NCBI GenBank assembly: GCA_016235555.1
Contig: JACRKC010000004.1
Location: forward strand, 83,978 to 147,977
Source: Verrucomicrobiota bacterium
GTDB taxonomy: Bacteria > Verrucomicrobiota > Verrucomicrobiia > Opitutales > Opitutaceae
Direction: 5' to 3'
DNA: 64,000 nt
The notes beneath the pieces were generated by a model. That model was not told the origin of the DNA. It made no database searches and saw only the letters and a list, made by a program, of their open reading frames with translations. The position numbers and the translations under genes are program-made. Positions 62,022-64,000 of this stretch are shown here, piece after piece (positions within the stretch are counted from its first letter, which is position 1; each line of letters begins with the position of its first letter).

Positions 62022-64000
62022 TCAAAACGTCCCTTTCACCCCGAACATCCACAGCGCGCCGTAGCGGTCGCGCTGGCGGAATTTGGCGACGTCGGGGATG
62101 CCGGGGCCGTCGCGGGAGAAGTCTTCGGGCGTGTCGTGCAAGTTCCGGATGTTGCCGAAGAGCGCGAGGCGGCGCGTGAGGCGATATTCGCCGATGAGGT
62201 CGATGAAGAGGCGTTTCGAGCCGAAGACGTAGGTGCCGGGCGGGATGCTCGCGCCGGTGATCGCGGCGCGGCGGTGGCGGCTCTTGTAGTTCCAACTGGC
62301 TTTGAGGGTGTATTTTTCGCGGTTGAGGCTCACGCCCCACGACGCGGTCTTCGGGATGAAGGCTTGGAAATTGTCGGCGGCCTCACCGGTGAAGCGGGTG
62401 ACGGCGCCGTTGGCAAAAACCTGCACGCCGCGCGCCCAGCCCGGCAGGAACGTGAGCGCCTGCTTGTAGCTGACGTCGAATCCTTCGGAGCGCACGCCGC
62501 TCGGGATGTTCACCTGAGTGACGACATCGTAGACGCCATAAACGGCGGGATCGACGTCGTAGCTGGCAAGGAATCCGGGCGACGACGGGAGCACGACGGC
62601 GGCGGCGACGTTGCGGTAGTCGCGGCGAAACGCCCCGGCCGAGACGAGGCCGACGCCCTCGAAATAACGCTCGATCGAGAACTGCACGGTGCGGGCGGTC
62701 CAGGGTTTCAGCGCGACGTTGTTGACGGTGATGCGATTTCCCGGGGAGGGCGGGAGCGACTCGTCGGGCAGCGTGAGACCGCCGGCATATTGGTTGTAGT
62801 TGGGGCGGCCGAGCGCGTGCGAATACGCGGCGCGCACGATCAGGTTTTCGCGGAGCGCGTAGCTCGCGTTGAAGCGCGGGAGGACGTTGAGGTATTCCTT
62901 GCGCGCGCGGTAGCCGCGGTCGAGGAAGGTGAGGCGCGAGACGCCGAGGGCGTCGGTGATCGGAACGATCAGCGATGGCTGGAAGCCCGGTTGCGCCGGA
63001 TTGGCGTCGATGAACCGGCCCGCGGAATCGCGGCGATAGTTGCCGGTGGGGTCGGTGAGGGGGCCGGCGGCATCGATGTTGGTCTGCTCGACGCGGAAGC
63101 CGCCCATCAGGCGCAGGCGGCGGTCGAGCAGCGCGGTGTCGGCGCGCAGGAAGGCGGACGAGACGACCTCCTCGGCGCGTTTCGAGAGCGTGATCGCGGA
63201 GCGATAGATCGTGTTGTCGTTTTTGACGAACATGGCCGGGTTGCGGCGGAAGGCGTCGTAGAGCAGGCCGCCGCCGATGCGCTCGGTCCGCGGAAAACCG
63301 AACACGCCGTCGCGCGCGGAGTAGACGGGGTCGAGGTAGGGCGCGGCGGTGTCGTCGGCGCTGTTGGCGACGCCGTCGGGTCCGACGAAGGTGTAGGCGG
63401 TGGCGCCGCCGCGGTAGTCGCGGATCGCCTGGCGCACGTCGAGGCCGGCCTTGAGCGTGAGCGGGACGCGCAGCGCGAACGAGCGCCGCGCATTGACGAA
63501 GGCGTTGCGCGCGACGTCGACGGTGCGGTTGTTGAGGCCCTCGCCCGGGCCGGGGCCGAGCACGCTGTCGGTGCCATAGCGATTGCCGCCGGCGGTCTGC
63601 AGCCGGTAGGTGGCGACCTTGTAAGGATCGACGGCAGCGCCGGTCGCGCCGTCGGTGACGGTGATGCGGCCGGGACGAAGGTAGAAGATGTCGTCGAAGG
63701 CGATGGTGACGCCGGTGCGCGTGGCGTTGACGGTGTTGAAGAAGCCCTTGCCCTGATCGCGGATTTCGCTCGTGGAGAGCGACCAGCCGGCGCCGCCCTC
63801 GGCCTGCCAGATCGGCCCGCGGTGGCGCCAGAGGAGCGAGGGAGAGATGTTGGCGTTGCGGCGATCGCGGTCGTTGGCGTTGGCGAGGGTGAGCGTGCCG
63901 GCGCCGGCGGCACCGTGGGTGAAGGCGGTCGAGAAATCCCCCGGCGCCACGCGCGTGATGGCGAAGGTGAGGTCGCGCTGGTTGTATTGGGCGTCGAAGC
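62022..64000 (-). CDS. TonB-dependent receptor, C-terminal beta-barrel part (5' end beyond the window)
   Basis: The frame stays open to the window end. It has an alternating beta-strand pattern rich in Y/R/N/G. The C-terminus ...RYGALWMFGVKGTF ends in the typical terminal aromatic residue. Confidence 0.75.
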   Translation of the reverse strand, partial: FDAQYNQRDLTFAITRVAPGDFSTAFTHGAAGAGTLTLANANDRDRRNANISPSLLWRHRGPIWQAEGGAGWSLSTSEIRDQGKGFFNTVNATRTGVTIAFDDIFYLRPGRITVTDGATGAAVDPYKVATYRLQTAGGNRYGTDSVLGPGPGEGLNNRTVDVARNAFVNARRSFALRVPLTLKAGLDVRQAIRDYRGGATAYTFVGPDGVANSADDTAAPYLDPVYSARDGVFGFPRTERIGGGLLYDAFRRNPAMFVKNDNTIYRSAITLSKRAEEVVSSAFLRADTALLDRRLRLMGGFRVEQTNIDAAGPLTDPTGNYRRDSAGRFIDANPAQPGFQPSLIVPITDALGVSRLTFLDRGYRARKEYLNVLPRFNASYALRENLIVRAAYSHALGRPNYNQYAGGLTLPDESLPPSPGNRITVNNVALKPWTARTVQFSIERYFEGVGLVSAGAFRRDYRNVAAAVVLPSSPGFLASYDVDPAVYGVYDVVTQVNIPSGVRSEGFDVSYKQALTFLPGWARGVQVFANGAVTRFTGEAADNFQAFIPKTASWGVSLNREKYTLKASWNYKSRHRRAAITGASIPPGTYVFGSKRLFIDLIGEYRLTRRLALFGNIRNLHDTPEDFSRDGPGIPDVAKFRQRDRYGALWMFGVKGTF

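Overview
Very GC-rich bacterial chromosomal segment. Third codon positions are almost all G/C, so long spurious antisense ORFs are everywhere. The gene content suggests a Verrucomicrobiota (Opitutaceae-like) genome, which is an inference only: a PVC-type membrane-bound-dehydrogenase/HEAT/CxxCH protein, DUF1080, DUF1593, a sulfatase, a PhoD-like phosphatase, and many giant secreted NHL/Ig/LamG proteins. Layout: (i) 1-12.3 kb holds pyrR-pyrB, a GntR-ABC operon with two tandem paralogous permease-like proteins, the heme-binding protein and an MFS transporter. (ii) 12.9-32.4 kb holds six consecutive large secreted multidomain proteins, with a seventh at 49.1-53.3 kb. All seven end in the same tandem ~125-aa C-terminal module terminating in E-V/I-Y-E/D/Q-V/L-P, and two of them are S8 subtilases fused to a PQQ-like beta-propeller. 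This is the most interesting signal in the window. (iii) 32.6-41.7 kb is housekeeping: a beta-hydroxyacid dehydrogenase, galM, DUF1080, parC-like, infA and a SAM methyltransferase. (iv) About 41.8-47.2 kb is a visibly lower-GC island. It carries a C5 DNA methyltransferase with an unexplained N-terminal extension, an HNH nuclease, an internally deleted HNH pseudogene, small TA-like genes, vsr with an in-frame repeat insertion, and a DUF6036-like two-gene cassette bracketed by a duplicated vsr 3' end. (v) 47.4-64 kb holds a CE4 deacetylase, sulfatase, PhoD-like, DUF1593, a six-hairpin-glycosidase-like protein, ggt and a partial TonB-dependent receptor. Intergenic DNA is packed with several families of palindromic repeats. 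I found no rRNA, tRNA, CRISPR array, transposase or integrase.
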